NCBI GenBank assembly: GCA_963707915.1
Contig: OY970178.1
Location: 992,001 to 1,056,000 of the forward strand
Direction: 5' to 3'
Length of the DNA: 64,000 bases
Origin: Candidatus Eiseniibacteriota bacterium
GTDB lineage: Bacteria > Eisenbacteria > RBG-16-71-46
The notes under the pieces are model-generated. The model saw nothing but the letters and a program-made list of their open reading frames with translations. It did not search any database and was not told where the DNA came from. Made by a program: the position numbers and the translations under genes. Shown here piece by piece: positions 31,883 through 42,945 of this stretch. Position 1 is the stretch's first letter; the number at the start of each line of letters is the position of its first letter.

Positions 31883-34800
31883 TCAATGCACCAGCGCCAC
31901 CTTGCGGGTGTAGTGCTCCCCCTCGGCGCTCAGCCGGAGGAAGTAGACTCCCACCGCGCTCGCCGCACCGCTGTCGTCGCGACCGTCCCACGGGAGTTCA
32001 TGCGGACCGGCCGCGAACTCGCCATCGGCGAGCAGACGCACGCGGCGCCCCTGCAGGTCGATCACCTCGAGCCGCGCCAGGCCGCCGCGTGAGAGCGTGA
32101 AGCGCACCGCGGTGAGCCCGCGCGACGGGTTGGGGCGGGCCTCGGACAGTGCCAGGCGACCGGGGACGGTGGGCAGGTCCACCGCCAGCGCGGGCCCGGG
32201 CACGTGCACGTCGGCCTCGCGACGGCCGTTGCGCGCCTGCGACACCCAGGGCGAGGTGGGGAAGTAAGGCGAGCGGCCGAGTGTGCGGATCAGCCACGCG
32301 TAGTCGGTGCCGGGCGTCAGCCCGGCGACGCTCTGGGTGAGCGCGTTGTAGCTGCCGATGCCGCTGGGCGCGCCCGTCGCCTGGAACGCCGCCTGCCGCC
32401 CGGCGATCGTCGCTCCCGCCATGCCCACCACGGGCGCGAGGCGCCACTCGAGCTTCACCTTCGAGCGCCCGGCGGCCGAACGGCCGATGGCCTGGAAGTA
32501 GAGCCCCCCGCTGCCACCGAGACCCAGCATGGGCACCGGCACGCCGCCCAGGGCACGGCGCGCCAGCTTCGGCCGCAGTTGGCCCAACCCGCCCGCACCG
32601 TAGTAGAGCCGCGCGTCGCCCTGGCGCCCGTTGTAGCCCGGCAGGCCGAAGACCAGGTCGTTCCAGCCGTCGCCGTTGACGTCGCCGGCGTTCGCCACCG
32701 TGTGTCCGAGGTTCGCGTATGCGCCGCCGCCCACCGCGCTCCACGCCGGCGACGCGCCGGGAGTGAGCGGACCGCGATAGACGAAGGCCTTGCCCTGGTC
32801 GCGCGAACCGCCGGCATCCATGAAGACCGCACCCACCAGGACGTCGCTCAGGCCGTCGCCGTCGATGTCGCCCGCACTGGACACCGAGGAGCCGAAGCCC
32901 GCGAACGCCTCGCCCCCGGCCTGGGTCCAGATCGCGTTCGGGTTGAGGCCGGCGGACGAGCCCGCGAATGCGAAGGCGCCGCCCTCCCCGCTGATGGCGG
33001 GCTGGTAGCCGGTCGCGCCGGCCACCACGTCGGAATAGCCGTCGCCGTTGACGTCGCCGGCGAAGGCGACCGAGCCGCCCAGCCGCCAGTTGCCGCCGCT
33101 CTCGACGTAGCCCGGGGCGCCGGGCCCGAGCGGGCCGCCGAGCGCCCACAGGATGCGCCCCGCATCCAGCAGGCTGAAGGGCGGCGACAGCGGCTTGTCG
33201 TAGTCCGGCGCACCGGCGACGAGGTCCGAGTACCCGTCCCCGTTGATGTCGCCCGCGCCGGCCACCGAGCTGCCCAGGTGAGCGTCCTGCTGCCCGCCGT
33301 GCGCGCTCCACGCCACCGTGTGCGAGAGCCCTCCCGGCCCCCCGAGGTAGAGGAAGACGCCCCCCTCGCCGGACACGGTGCTCATGTCGGCGGGCGCTCC
33401 GACGACGACGTCGGCGTAGCCGTCGCCGTTGACGTCGCCGGCACCGGCCACCGAACCGCCGAACTGGGTGCCGGCCGCCGAGGCCACCACGCTGTCTGCA
33501 GCCTGGCCGGCGGTGAGCCCGCCCGAGCGGCCGTACCAGACCAGGGCCTTCCCCACGCCCGCGCCACCCTGGTGCGCGCCGACGATGATGTCGTCGTAGC
33601 CGTCCCCGTTGATGTCGCCAGCCGAGGCGGCCGAGACCCCCAGCTGGTCCCCGGCTGCGCCGCCGATGCCGGCCCACCAGCCGCTGGGGCCGAACGGCGA
33701 GCCGTAGACGAGGAACACGCGCCCGCGCCCGCTCGCCGTGCCGTCCGAGTAGGTCGGGTCGCCGACCAGGTAGTCGTCGTAGCCGTCGCCGTTGACGTCG
33801 CCCGCACCGGCCACCGACCAGGCGTAGTTCGAGCTGGCGAAGTCACCCGGCGCCGCCCAGCCCGGAGTGGCCGCCGGCGGGTCGCCGCCGCCGTAGTAGA
33901 GCTGGATCGCTCCCTCGCCGGTCTGGCCGTTCGAATAGCCGTACTCGCCCGCCACCACGTCGCCGAACCCGTCGCCGTTGACGTCGCCCGCGGTGGCCAC
34001 CGAGAGGCCCAGGTACGCGCCCGTCATGTTGCCCTCGACGAAGAACGACGAGATCATCGTGGTCTTGACGGACTGGAACACCGCCACGAGCCCCTCGCCG
34101 GATTCGGGCGAGGCGTAGTCCGGGGCACCCACCACCACGTCGCCGAGCCCGTCCCCGTTGACGTCGCCCGCGGTGCCCACCGAGCTGCCGAAGTGCGCAC
34201 CGCCCACCGGGCCCACCTCGGTCCAGAACACGGTGGTGTCCATGCCGGCCGCCGAGCCGCGGTAGACGTAGGCCTCTCCGCACGCCGTCAGGCTGTAGTA
34301 GCTGGCGTTGCTCGCGCCCACGATCACGTCGGCACGGCCATCTCCGTTGACGTCGCCCGCGGTGCCCACGCTGCAGCCGAAGTTGTCCCCCGGGGTCGTG
34401 CCCGCGATGGTGATGCGTGCCGAGAAGTCCCCATATCCGCCGCCGTAGACCGGCAGCCCGCTCGCGCCGCCGAGGAACACGTAGGCCTGGTTGGCCCCCG
34501 GCGCGCCCATGACGATGTCATCGTAACCGTCGCCGTTGACGTCGCCGGCGGTGCCCACCGAGTTGCCCAGATAGCTGTAGGGACCGAGGAACTGGCAGCC
34601 GAAGAGCGACCAATTCGGATTGGCGGGTATGCCGGAGGGACCGCCGTAGTACACGTCGACCCTGCCGTGGTTGAGGGTGCTGCCCGCGCACAGTCCGATC
34701 TGGGCGGCGTAGCCCGGCGTGCCCACGACGAGGTCGGCGTAGCCGTCGCCGTTGAGGTCGCCGGCGGTGCCCACCGAGTAGGCATAGGAGGCCGCGCCGA

Positions 34801-35320
34801 CGACGATGGTGTTGGTCCACGGGCTCGCGAGGTTGAGACCCGAGGCGTTGCCGTAGTAGATGCGCAGCGTGCCACCGCTGGAGTTCGGGAAGCTCAGCGC
34901 CACGTCGTCGTAGCCGTCGCCGTTGAGGTCACCGGCGGCGCCGCACACCGGCGTGCCGGCCGGCAGGCCGGTGAGCGGGTAGCCCGGGGCGAGCGTCGGG
35001 CCGCCCGGCCCGCCGAGGAACAGGAAGAAGGTATTGCTCGTGGCGCCGTTCCCGGTGGCGATGACGTCGCTGTAACCGTCGCCGTTCACGTCCCCGGCGG
35101 TGGCCACCGACCAGCCGGCCCGCCGGGACGCCACGTTGGACTCGAACGGCCATCCCGCCGCCGGGGTCATGCTCGCCGGCGCGGCCGCGCCCAGCGCGGC
35201 GCTCCAGGCAGGCGCCGGAGCCGGCTGTGCGCGGCCGGCTCCCGGCGCCAGCGGCAGAGCGAGCAACCCGAGGAGTGCGAGGCTGCGGAAGTGCGATGGG
35301 GCGGAACGGGCGGTGAGCAT
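31883..35320 (-). CDS. Secreted FG-GAP (integrin-alpha-like) repeat protein with C-terminal FlgD-Ig/T9SS-type sorting domain
   Basis: Signal peptide; 14 GD(V/L/I)(N/D)GDGxxD repeats; C-terminus 'PNPSRG..F.L..DLQGRRVR.L..WDGRDDSG..GVYFLRL..TRKVALVH'. Confidence 0.88.
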   Translation of the reverse strand: MLTARSAPSHFRSLALLGLLALPLAPGAGRAQPAPAPAWSAALGAAAPASMTPAAGWPFESNVASRRAGWSVATAGDVNGDGYSDVIATGNGATSNTFFLFLGGPGGPTLAPGYPLTGLPAGTPVCGAAGDLNGDGYDDVALSFPNSSGGTLRIYYGNASGLNLASPWTNTIVVGAASYAYSVGTAGDLNGDGYADLVVGTPGYAAQIGLCAGSTLNHGRVDVYYGGPSGIPANPNWSLFGCQFLGPYSYLGNSVGTAGDVNGDGYDDIVMGAPGANQAYVFLGGASGLPVYGGGYGDFSARITIAGTTPGDNFGCSVGTAGDVNGDGRADVIVGASNASYYSLTACGEAYVYRGSAAGMDTTVFWTEVGPVGGAHFGSSVGTAGDVNGDGLGDVVVGAPDYASPESGEGLVAVFQSVKTTMISSFFVEGNMTGAYLGLSVATAGDVNGDGFGDVVAGEYGYSNGQTGEGAIQLYYGGGDPPAATPGWAAPGDFASSNYAWSVAGAGDVNGDGYDDYLVGDPTYSDGTASGRGRVFLVYGSPFGPSGWWAGIGGAAGDQLGVSAASAGDINGDGYDDIIVGAHQGGAGVGKALVWYGRSGGLTAGQAADSVVASAAGTQFGGSVAGAGDVNGDGYADVVVGAPADMSTVSGEGGVFLYLGGPGGLSHTVAWSAHGGQQDAHLGSSVAGAGDINGDGYSDLVAGAPDYDKPLSPPFSLLDAGRILWALGGPLGPGAPGYVESGGNWRLGGSVAFAGDVNGDGYSDVVAGATGYQPAISGEGGAFAFAGSSAGLNPNAIWTQAGGEAFAGFGSSVSSAGDIDGDGLSDVLVGAVFMDAGGSRDQGKAFVYRGPLTPGASPAWSAVGGGAYANLGHTVANAGDVNGDGWNDLVFGLPGYNGRQGDARLYYGAGGLGQLRPKLARRALGGVPVPMLGLGGSGGLYFQAIGRSAAGRSKVKLEWRLAPVVGMAGATIAGRQAAFQATGAPSGIGSYNALTQSVAGLTPGTDYAWLIRTLGRSPYFPTSPWVSQARNGRREADVHVPGPALAVDLPTVPGRLALSEARPNPSRGLTAVRFTLSRGGLARLEVIDLQGRRVRLLADGEFAAGPHELPWDGRDDSGAASAVGVYFLRLSAEGEHYTRKVALVH

Positions 35321-35596
35321 CGGAGCGATCCTCCTGCGGGAAGGTGGGGAGACTTCCGGCCCTGCGAGCGAGAACGCCCCTGTGCGCCCGGGTCGACGTC
35401 CCGCGAGGTGGCCACCTTCGTCGATACTTCCGTAGGTGACAATGGTCCGCACGGACCATGTCGCTACCGCACGATCCCGTCCGCCCGGGGGATGGTGGAA
35501 GACCACCCCGCCCGGCCCGCGGCCGCTCCCCGCTCGCTCGCCCCGCCCCGGCCGCCCCACGGAAGCGGCCCGTGGTGCTCACCGCGGGCAACGAGA

Positions 35597-35621
35597 AGGC
35601 CACGCCGACTGCGCGTGGCCT
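35597..35621 (-). terminator. Hairpin terminator after tRNA-Leu
   Basis: AGGCCACGC/GCGTGGCCT stem followed on the minus strand by TCTCGTT. Confidence 0.5.
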
Positions 35622-35629
35622 CGTGAGTG

Positions 35630-35714
<85 letters not shown>

Positions 35715-35736
35715 ACTCGGGTCTCTTCGGGATTGC

Positions 35737-36117
35737 TCAGCGGCCGCCCGACGGGGCGGCGGGAGGCGGCGTGGCTGCCGGCGCCGGAGCGGCTGGCCGG
35801 CTGCCGGACTGCGGCAGCTGGGCCGGAGCACTCGCCGCCGCCTTGCGGGCCTCCTGGTTGATCAGGCTCCTGCCCCGGGTCGAGGTCATGTTCGAGCTCA
35901 TCAGCGAGAGCACCAGCGACGTGGCGAAGAAGAGCCCGCCGAGCACCATGGTGGCGCGGGTCATGAAGTCGGTGGCGCCGCGGCCGCCGAAGACAGTCTG
36001 CGCCGACCCGCCGAAGGCGCCGCCGGCGAGCCCGCCGCCCTTGCCGGACTGCATGAGCACGACACCCACGAGGGCCACACACACCAGCAGGTGGAAGAAG
36101 ATCAGGAAGAGGTACAT
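35737..36117 (-). CDS. secG: Preprotein translocase subunit SecG
   Basis: Two TMs flanking '[23 protein letters not shown]'. Confidence 0.95.
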   Translation of the reverse strand: MYLFLIFFHLLVCVALVGVVLMQSGKGGGLAGGAFGGSAQTVFGGRGATDFMTRATMVLGGLFFATSLVLSLMSSNMTSTRGRSLINQEARKAAASAPAQLPQSGSRPAAPAPAATPPPAAPSGGR

Positions 36118-36192
36118 GGCATCCTCAGGGACGGGTTTCCACCGCGGAAGACGACCCACCGCTCCGGTCCGCAGCATCCGAAGCAGCGTGAG

Positions 36193-36221
36193 AGACTAGC
36201 AATCACCCCGGCAACCGTCAA
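36193..36221 (-). promoter_or_regulatory. Putative sigma-70 promoter of secG-tRNA-Leu
   Basis: TTGACG-N17-TAGTCT with TGn extension. Confidence 0.55.
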
Positions 36222-36252
36222 ACGGCCGCGCCGGGGGCCCGCGGTGCCCCGT

Positions 36253-37035
36253 TCACGCCCCGGCGGCGGCGATGATGCGCCAGAACGAGGCCGCCTCGAG
36301 GGCGGCCCCGCCCACGAGCGCGCCGTCCAGCTCCTCGTCCGCGAACAGGGCGGCGGCGTTGCCCGGGTTCACGCTGCCCCCGTACAGCACGCTGATGCGG
36401 GCGCCGGCGCCCGGCGCGATGACGCGATCGATCGTGGCGCGCACGATCTGGTGCGCCTCGTGGGCCTGCTCGACCGTGGCCACGCGCCCCGTGCCGATCG
36501 CCCAGACCGGTTCGTAGGCGATCACCGCGGCGAACGCCTGCGCCTGCTCCAGCCCTTCGAACGCGGCCTGCGTCTGGCGCACGAGCACGTCCGCCGTGCG
36601 TTCCGCCTCGCGCTCGGCGAGGGTCTCCCCCACGCAGACGATCGGCGTCAGCCCGTCGCGCTGGGCCGAGCGCATCTTCTGCGCCACCAGCGCGTCGTCC
36701 TCGCCCATGCCGTGGCGGCGCTCCGAGTGCCCGACGATCACGAAGCGGCAGCCGAGCGCGGCCAGCATCGCGCCCGACACCTCGCCGGTGAAGGCGCCGT
36801 GCGTGGCCGGGTGGAGGTTCTGGCCGCCGAGATGGAACGGGCTGCCCTTCAACGCCTCCCCCACCGCGTGCAGCGCGGGGAACGGCGGGCAGAGCGCCAC
36901 CGCACAGCGGGGACGCGCCCCGCCCGCCAACGCGACCAACTCGCGCGCCAGGGCGGCGGCCTCCGGGGCCGTCTTGTGCATCTTCCAGTTCCCGGCGACG
37001 AACCGGGGGCGGCGTGGCCAGGGCGTCGTCATCAC
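36253..37035 (-). CDS. tpiA: Triosephosphate isomerase
   Basis: [28 protein letters not shown]. Confidence 0.98.
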   Translation of the reverse strand: MMTTPWPRRPRFVAGNWKMHKTAPEAAALARELVALAGGARPRCAVALCPPFPALHAVGEALKGSPFHLGGQNLHPATHGAFTGEVSGAMLAALGCRFVIVGHSERRHGMGEDDALVAQKMRSAQRDGLTPIVCVGETLAEREAERTADVLVRQTQAAFEGLEQAQAFAAVIAYEPVWAIGTGRVATVEQAHEAHQIVRATIDRVIAPGAGARISVLYGGSVNPGNAAALFADEELDGALVGGAALEAASFWRIIAAAGA

Positions 37036-38231
37036 GCGCCGTCCAGGGCGGCGACGCCGGGCAGCACCTTGCCCTCGAGGAACTCGAGGGAGGCGCCGCC
37101 ACCGGTCGACAGGTGGGTGAACTTCTCGGCCAGGCCGGCCTGCTGGATGGCGGCCACCGAATCGCCGCCGCCCACGACCGTGACCGCGCCGTGACCGGTG
37201 AGCTCGGCCATCGCCCGGGCCACGCCCAGCGTGCCCTCGGCGAACGCCGGGACCTCGAAGATCCCCATCGGGCCGTTCCAGACCACCGTCTTCGCGTCCC
37301 GGAGCCGGGCCGCGAAGAGCTTCACCGATTCCGGCCCGATGTCCACTCCCATCTCCGCGGGGCCGAGCCCCTCGAGCGGGACCGTCCGCCCGGGAGCGCT
37401 CCCGTCCGGCGCAGTCGAGGCCACGCAGTCCACCGGCAGCACCAGTTCCACCCCGCGCGCCTGCGCCTGCTCCAGCACGGCCTTCGCCATCCCGATCCGG
37501 TCGTCCTCGACCAGCGACTTCCCGGTCGGCCGGCCCTGCGCCTTGAGGAAGGTGAACATCATCGCCCCGCCCACCAGCAGCCGGTCCACCTTGCCCAGCA
37601 GCTGCGTGATCACGTCGATCTTGCCGGAGATCTTCGCGCCGCCCAGCACGGCGACGAACGGCCGCTGCGGACGGTCGAGCGCCCGGCCCAGATAGTCGAG
37701 CTCCTTCTGCATCAGGAACCCGGCCACCGCCGGCCGCAGGAAGTGCGTCACGCCCTCGGTCGAGGCGTGCGCACGGTGCGCGGTGCCGAAGGCGTCGTTC
37801 ACGAAGGCGTCCCCCAGCGCGGCCAGTTGCCGGGCGAAGCCGGCGTCGTTCGCCTCCTCCTCGGGGTGGAACCGCAGGTTCTCGAGCAGCAGGACCTGGC
37901 CGTCCTGCAGCGCGCGCGACCGGGCCTCCACGTCGGGGCCGACGCAGTCGGAGGCGAACGCCACCGGCTGGCCCAGCAGCTTCTCGAGGAGCGCGGCCAC
38001 GGGCTTGAGACTGTTCTTGGTGTCCGGCCCGCCCTTCGGCCGGCCGAGGTGCGACATCAGGATGACGCGCGCCCGCTGCTCGACCAGGTAACGGATGGTC
38101 GGGAGGGCCGCCACGATGCGCGTGTCGTCCCCGACCTGGCCGTCCTTGACCGGCACGTTGAAGTCGACGCGCACCAGCACGCGCCGGCCGGCCGGCCGGA
38201 GTTCCTTGAGACCCTTCTTGGCGTCGCCCAT
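37032..38231 (-). CDS. pgk: Phosphoglycerate kinase
   Basis: [35 protein letters not shown]. Confidence 0.98.
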   Translation of the reverse strand: MGDAKKGLKELRPAGRRVLVRVDFNVPVKDGQVGDDTRIVAALPTIRYLVEQRARVILMSHLGRPKGGPDTKNSLKPVAALLEKLLGQPVAFASDCVGPDVEARSRALQDGQVLLLENLRFHPEEEANDAGFARQLAALGDAFVNDAFGTAHRAHASTEGVTHFLRPAVAGFLMQKELDYLGRALDRPQRPFVAVLGGAKISGKIDVITQLLGKVDRLLVGGAMMFTFLKAQGRPTGKSLVEDDRIGMAKAVLEQAQARGVELVLPVDCVASTAPDGSAPGRTVPLEGLGPAEMGVDIGPESVKLFAARLRDAKTVVWNGPMGIFEVPAFAEGTLGVARAMAELTGHGAVTVVGGGDSVAAIQQAGLAEKFTHLSTGGGASLEFLEGKVLPGVAALDGA

Positions 38232-38241
38232 GGCCCCTCCC

Positions 38242-39240
38242 CTACGCCATCATCAGCAGGGCGTCCACCACGCGCTGCGAGAAGCCCCACTCGTTGTCGT
38301 ACCAGGAGAGCACCTTGACCAGCGTCCCCCCCATGACGTTCGTGGAGAGCGAGTCGAACACGCTGCTGTGGGGATTGCCGATCACGTCGGTGGAGACGAT
38401 GGGGTCGGTGCAGAACTCGAGGATGCCCTTCATCGGGCCCTCGGCCGCCGCCTTCATCGCGGCGTTGATCTCGTCCTTCGTCGTGCTCTTGCGGACCTCC
38501 ACCACCAGGTCCACGAGCGAACCGTCGGGGGTCGGCACGCGCACCGCGAGGCCGTCCAGCTTGCCCTTGAGCTCCGGCAGCACCTCGCCGATGGCCTTCG
38601 CCGCGCCGGTCGAGGTCGGGATCATGCTCATCGCCGCCGCGCGCGCCCGGCGCAGGTCCTTGTGCGGCAGGTCGAGGATCTTCTGGTCGTTGGTGTAGGC
38701 GTGGATCGTGGTCATGAAGCCGCGTTCGATGCCGACCAGGTCGTTCAACACCTTCGCGACCGGCGCCAGGCAGTTGGTCGTGCACGAGCCGATGCTCACG
38801 ACCTGGTGCTTCGCCTTGTCGAAGAGCTTGTCGTTGACCCCGATGACGAAGGTCAGGTCGCCGCCCTTGGCCGGCGCCGACACCACGACGTTGCGCGCGC
38901 CCGCGGCCAGGTGCAGCGCCGCGCCGTCGCGGTCCGTGAACTTGCCGGTGGCTTCGAGCACGACGTCCACGCCGAGCGCCTTCCACGGCAGCTTGGCCGG
39001 ATCCTTCTCCGCCAGCACCTGGATCTTCTTGCCCGCCACCTCGAGATGACCGTCCACCGCCTTGCCGGCCCTGGGCCAGACGCGGTGGACCGAGTCGTAC
39101 TTCAGCAGGTGCGCCAGCGTCGGCGCGTCGGTGATGTCGTTGACCGCCACGAACTCGATGGGGACCCCGCGGTCCACCGCTGCGCGCACCACCAGGCGAC
39201 CGATGCGCCCGAATCCACTGATCCCGACACGAACCGCCAT
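38242..39240 (-). CDS. gap: Type I glyceraldehyde-3-phosphate dehydrogenase
   Basis: [23 protein letters not shown]. Confidence 0.98.
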   Translation of the reverse strand: MAVRVGISGFGRIGRLVVRAAVDRGVPIEFVAVNDITDAPTLAHLLKYDSVHRVWPRAGKAVDGHLEVAGKKIQVLAEKDPAKLPWKALGVDVVLEATGKFTDRDGAALHLAAGARNVVVSAPAKGGDLTFVIGVNDKLFDKAKHQVVSIGSCTTNCLAPVAKVLNDLVGIERGFMTTIHAYTNDQKILDLPHKDLRRARAAAMSMIPTSTGAAKAIGEVLPELKGKLDGLAVRVPTPDGSLVDLVVEVRKSTTKDEINAAMKAAAEGPMKGILEFCTDPIVSTDVIGNPHSSVFDSLSTNVMGGTLVKVLSWYDNEWGFSQRVVDALLMMA

Positions 39241-39310
39241 GTTCGTTCCTCCTCCTGAAGCTCGAGACGAATCTCGATGGTTTTCCAGAGTCGGCCGGCG
39301 CCGGTCGGCG

Positions 39311-40348
39311 TCAGCCGAAGAAGACCCGCGCGGTCTCGAACAGCTCCGCGGGCACGGTGCGCGGACCCTGCCGCACCACGTCCAGACCCACGGACGTGAT
39401 GCGCCCGCCCTGCAGGCTCACCATGCGTCCGTACTCGCCCCGGACGGCCAGGTCCACCGCTTCGATGCCCATGCGCGTGCCCAGCAGCCGGTCGAACGGG
39501 GTGGGGGTGCCGCCCCGCTGCACGAACCCGAGCGTGACGGTGCGGGTCTCGGTCTTGAGTCGCGCCTCGATCTCGCGCGCCAGGATCTCGCCCACGCCGC
39601 CGTAGCGCGGGCGGCCGAACGGATCGAGGGACTGCGGGATCTCGATCGTCCGCCCGTCCGGGTCGGGCTCGAAGCGCGCCCCCTCGGCCACCACGACGAT
39701 ACTGAAGAAGCGCCCGCGCGCCTGCCGGTGACGGATGTAGTTGCAGACCTCGTGCACGCTGGTGGGGCGCTCGGGCGTCACCACGACGTCGGCGCCCCCC
39801 GCCACGCCCCCGCACACCGCGATCCAGCCCGCACTACGTCCCATCACCTCGAGCACGATCACCCGGTCGTGGGACTCGGCCGTGGTGTGGAGCGCGTCCA
39901 CGGCGTCCACCACGTGGCACAACGCGGTGTCGAAGCCGAAGGCGTAGTCGGTCTCCGGCACGTCGTTGTCGATGGTCTTGGGGATGCCGACGATCGGCAC
40001 ACCCGCCTGCCACAGCCGTTCGGCAGCGGACAGCGTGCCGTCGCCCCCGCACACCAGCAGCCCATCCAGTTCGTGCAGGGCAAGGGCGTCCTTGACGGCC
40101 TGTGCGCCCCCCTCCTCGCGGAGCGGATCGGTGCGGGAGGTCCCGAGGATCGTGCCGCCCCGCGGCAGGATGCCCTTGATGGCCGGCAGGTCGAGGTCGC
40201 GGGCCCGGGACTTGAATAGCCCCAGCCAACCGTCCTCGAAGCCCACCATCTGGCCCTGGTAGGTGCGCACCGTACGGACGACGGCTGCCCGGATGAGCGC
40301 GTTGAGCCCCGGACAGTCGCCACCGCCGGTCAGGATGCCCAAACGCAT
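39311..40348 (-). CDS. pfkA: 6-phosphofructokinase (group III type, probably ATP-dependent)
   Basis: [15 protein letters not shown] (Gly at the ATP/PPi-determining position), PKTIDND, EVMGR. Confidence 0.93.
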   Translation of the reverse strand: MRLGILTGGGDCPGLNALIRAAVVRTVRTYQGQMVGFEDGWLGLFKSRARDLDLPAIKGILPRGGTILGTSRTDPLREEGGAQAVKDALALHELDGLLVCGGDGTLSAAERLWQAGVPIVGIPKTIDNDVPETDYAFGFDTALCHVVDAVDALHTTAESHDRVIVLEVMGRSAGWIAVCGGVAGGADVVVTPERPTSVHEVCNYIRHRQARGRFFSIVVVAEGARFEPDPDGRTIEIPQSLDPFGRPRYGGVGEILAREIEARLKTETRTVTLGFVQRGGTPTPFDRLLGTRMGIEAVDLAVRGEYGRMVSLQGGRITSVGLDVVRQGPRTVPAELFETARVFFG

Positions 40349-40419
40349 GCTGACACTCCGGCCCCGGAGGGACTCTTCGGTCGGGAAGGACCATGGAGAT
40401 GGATCGACAGAACGGGCCG

Positions 40420-40448
40420 AATATGCCCGATGGTGCGGGGGGGGTCAA
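40420..40448 (-). promoter_or_regulatory. Putative sigma-70 promoter of pfkA-gap-pgk-tpiA
   Basis: TTGACC-N17-CATATT. Confidence 0.55.
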
Positions 40449-40469
40449 GGACGGCCGGGCCCGGCCGCG

Positions 40470-41939
40470 TCACTCCGTCGTGTAACGCAGGCGGAAGTCC
40501 CCCACGCCCAGATCGTCGACGAACAGGAAGACGAGCCGCTTGCGGCGCACCCGTCCGGCGACGGCGGGATCGGCGTCCGGGGGCAGCCCGATCGGACCCT
40601 GGTAGATCCACAGCTCGAAGGGGCGCGGGTCGCCGCCGGGGCCCTTCAGGTTGACGTCCCCGACCGAGCGGTCCTCGTTCGCGACGATCTGGGAGATGAC
40701 CTGGTCCACCGTCTGGTCGCCGGTGGGGATCACCTGGTTCACGACCTCGCTGGGCTCGCCATACCGGACATAGGTCCTTCCCATGTCGGAGAACATCCCC
40801 TTGCCGAGCCCCGGCCGGGTGTACATCCGGTTCGCGTAGGCCACCCGCCGCAGGAACGTCGCCCGCGCCTCGTTCTCCGGACTGCCGGGGTTGGGGTTGC
40901 GCGCCGCCCAGAATTCGTCGAGGTAGTGCTCCTGCTCCCCGGGAGAGAGCAGCGCGAACGCCTCCTCGTCGTCCGCACCCAACAGGAAGTGGACGTCGTC
41001 CTGGACCTCGCGCGGGTTCTGCAGCCACGATTCGGCCTGCCACGCCACGCTGAAGGCGGCCCGCCGCACGAGCGGCAGCGAATCGCCTTCCTGCCGCACC
41101 CGCAGCTCCAGCTCGTAGCCGCCCGGCGGCGCCGACGACAGATCCACCGCCACGCCACCCTCGAGCAGCCGCGTCGCGGCCGCGGTGCTCTCCCGCGTGG
41201 CGATCGGTCGCCCTCCGCCGTCGAGGACGACGGCGGTCCAGTGCCACGGCGACTCCGCGTCCGACCGCGCCACGAACGCCGTCCGCAATTCCGGCGCGAA
41301 GCGCCCGTACAGGCGCTCCGGGTCCGGCAGCAGGGTCCGCCCGTGTCGCTTGAACACCGTCGCCCGCCCACCCTCACGCTCGGTCCACAGGAACTCGATG
41401 TCGGAGAGCTCGCGCCCGCCCCGGGGCGCCGCGACGCGCACCTCCCCCTCGACCCGGGCCGTGGAGGCCAGCTTCACCGACAGGGCCCCGCGCCGGCGGG
41501 ACACCACGTCGTCCACGCGCACGAGCAGGCGGTAGACGCCCGGCCGCGACGGGAACCTCATCCCGACCACCTTGCCGAAGCCCCCGGACGAATCCGCCGG
41601 CTCGATGGCGAACTCCTGGGTCTGCTCCTGGTTGCCCGCCCCGCCGAAGACACCGCGCAGCCGGGCCGTCACGCGCAGCCGGGCCAGCCCTTGGGCGTCC
41701 CGCATCAGCGCCGCCAGCGTGCCGCTCGGGAGGCGCACGTAGACCTCGAGCGACGTCCCGGACGATTCGGGGAACGACGCGGCGTCCACGGTGAAACCTC
41801 CGCGGCCCGCCACCCGCCAGGGCAGAGGCCCCGTGTCCGGGCCCCTGGCCACGGCCGTGCCGGCCCCACCCAGGGCCAGCATGACCGCCAAGACGAGACG
41901 CGCCCCCACCCGGGGGCGCGTCCCACACGACTTCGTCAT
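40470..41939 (-). CDS. GWxTD-domain-containing exported protein
   Basis: Signal peptide, Ig-like beta-rich segments, then 'FWAARNPNPGSPENEAR..RRVAYAN..GMFSDMGRTYVRYGEP..ELWIY..FLFVD'. Confidence 0.8.
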   Translation of the reverse strand: MTKSCGTRPRVGARLVLAVMLALGGAGTAVARGPDTGPLPWRVAGRGGFTVDAASFPESSGTSLEVYVRLPSGTLAALMRDAQGLARLRVTARLRGVFGGAGNQEQTQEFAIEPADSSGGFGKVVGMRFPSRPGVYRLLVRVDDVVSRRRGALSVKLASTARVEGEVRVAAPRGGRELSDIEFLWTEREGGRATVFKRHGRTLLPDPERLYGRFAPELRTAFVARSDAESPWHWTAVVLDGGGRPIATRESTAAATRLLEGGVAVDLSSAPPGGYELELRVRQEGDSLPLVRRAAFSVAWQAESWLQNPREVQDDVHFLLGADDEEAFALLSPGEQEHYLDEFWAARNPNPGSPENEARATFLRRVAYANRMYTRPGLGKGMFSDMGRTYVRYGEPSEVVNQVIPTGDQTVDQVISQIVANEDRSVGDVNLKGPGGDPRPFELWIYQGPIGLPPDADPAVAGRVRRKRLVFLFVDDLGVGDFRLRYTTE

Positions 41940-41964
41940 CAGGTCCGCCGGCCGAGGACCGCGA

Positions 41965-42918
41965 TCAGAACAGGAACGTGAGCGAGAAGCGGTGAACACC
42001 GCCCAGGTCCTTCATGTCCGTGAACGCGTAGTCCACGTCGGCCATGCCGACCACCGAGACCGGCACGTGGAACCCGATCCCCCCGGCGGCGCCCTCGGAA
42101 TCGTAGTTGAAGGCGTAACCACCCCGCAGGAACAGGTACTTGTGGAACGAGTACTCCGCTCCGAGGTTGAGCCGTTCCGAGTTGTCCGGCGGGTGCGAGA
42201 ATTCCAGCGAGCCCACCAGCTTCTGATCGGCCCGCTGCAGGAGCACCGCCGAGGCGCCGACCCGGAAGATCGACGGCATGCGGGCCGAGCGGTCGATGAA
42301 GGTGATCTGGGAGCCGATGTTCGAGATGGACATGCCGATGCGCATCCCCAGCGTGCCCACGTCGTAGAGCGTCCCGACGTCGAACGCCATGGCCTGCCGG
42401 GAGTACTCGGCCAGCCCCTCGGTGACGTAGTTGCCGGTGACGCCGGCGCTGAACTTGTCCGTGAACGAACGGGCGTAGGTCAGGCCCAGCGTCATCATGC
42501 CGGCGTCGAACGTCTCCCCCGTGCGGGGATCGGGCTCCGGCGTGTACGCCGTCGTCACCAACATCGGCTGCATGGTGAGCGCGCGGGCGTGGATCGCGAA
42601 GGCCCCGGGGATCCGGCGCGTGTGGAAGACGTAGCTGACCTGGTCGAACGAAAGGTCGGCGATCCAGTTCGCGTGATTCAGCGAGAGCTCGGACTTGTCC
42701 GGATCGATGCGTGCGATGCCCGCGGCGTTCCAGTAGACGGAGCTGGCGTCGTCCGCCATGCCGACGAAGGCACCCCCCATGCCGGCCGCCCGGGAACCGA
42801 CCGGGATCTCCAGGAACTGACTGCCGACCGTCCCAACCTTCTCGAAGATGATAGCCGCACCTGCCCAACCGGGGATGAGCAGACCCGCCAGGCCCAGCGC
42901 CGCGATGACCTTTCTCAC
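41965..42918 (-). CDS. PorV/PorQ-like (UPF0164) outer-membrane beta-barrel
   Basis: 'FLEIPVGSRAAGMGGAFVGMADDASSVYWNAAG', 'FDVG', 'LRGGY', 'DYAF', C-terminal 'HRFSLTFLF'. Confidence 0.85.
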   Translation of the reverse strand: MRKVIAALGLAGLLIPGWAGAAIIFEKVGTVGSQFLEIPVGSRAAGMGGAFVGMADDASSVYWNAAGIARIDPDKSELSLNHANWIADLSFDQVSYVFHTRRIPGAFAIHARALTMQPMLVTTAYTPEPDPRTGETFDAGMMTLGLTYARSFTDKFSAGVTGNYVTEGLAEYSRQAMAFDVGTLYDVGTLGMRIGMSISNIGSQITFIDRSARMPSIFRVGASAVLLQRADQKLVGSLEFSHPPDNSERLNLGAEYSFHKYLFLRGGYAFNYDSEGAAGGIGFHVPVSVVGMADVDYAFTDMKDLGGVHRFSLTFLF

Positions 42919-42945
42919 TGCGATCCTCCTCTCTCGCTCCCGCGC

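Noticed and set aside
32670..35110. Periodic DNA repeats (e.g. gccgtcgccgttgacgtcgcc) resembling a CRISPR or tandem array
   Set aside because: They encode the FG-GAP GDVNGDG motifs in frame, vary at synonymous positions, are spaced about 150-220 nt apart, and no cas genes are present.
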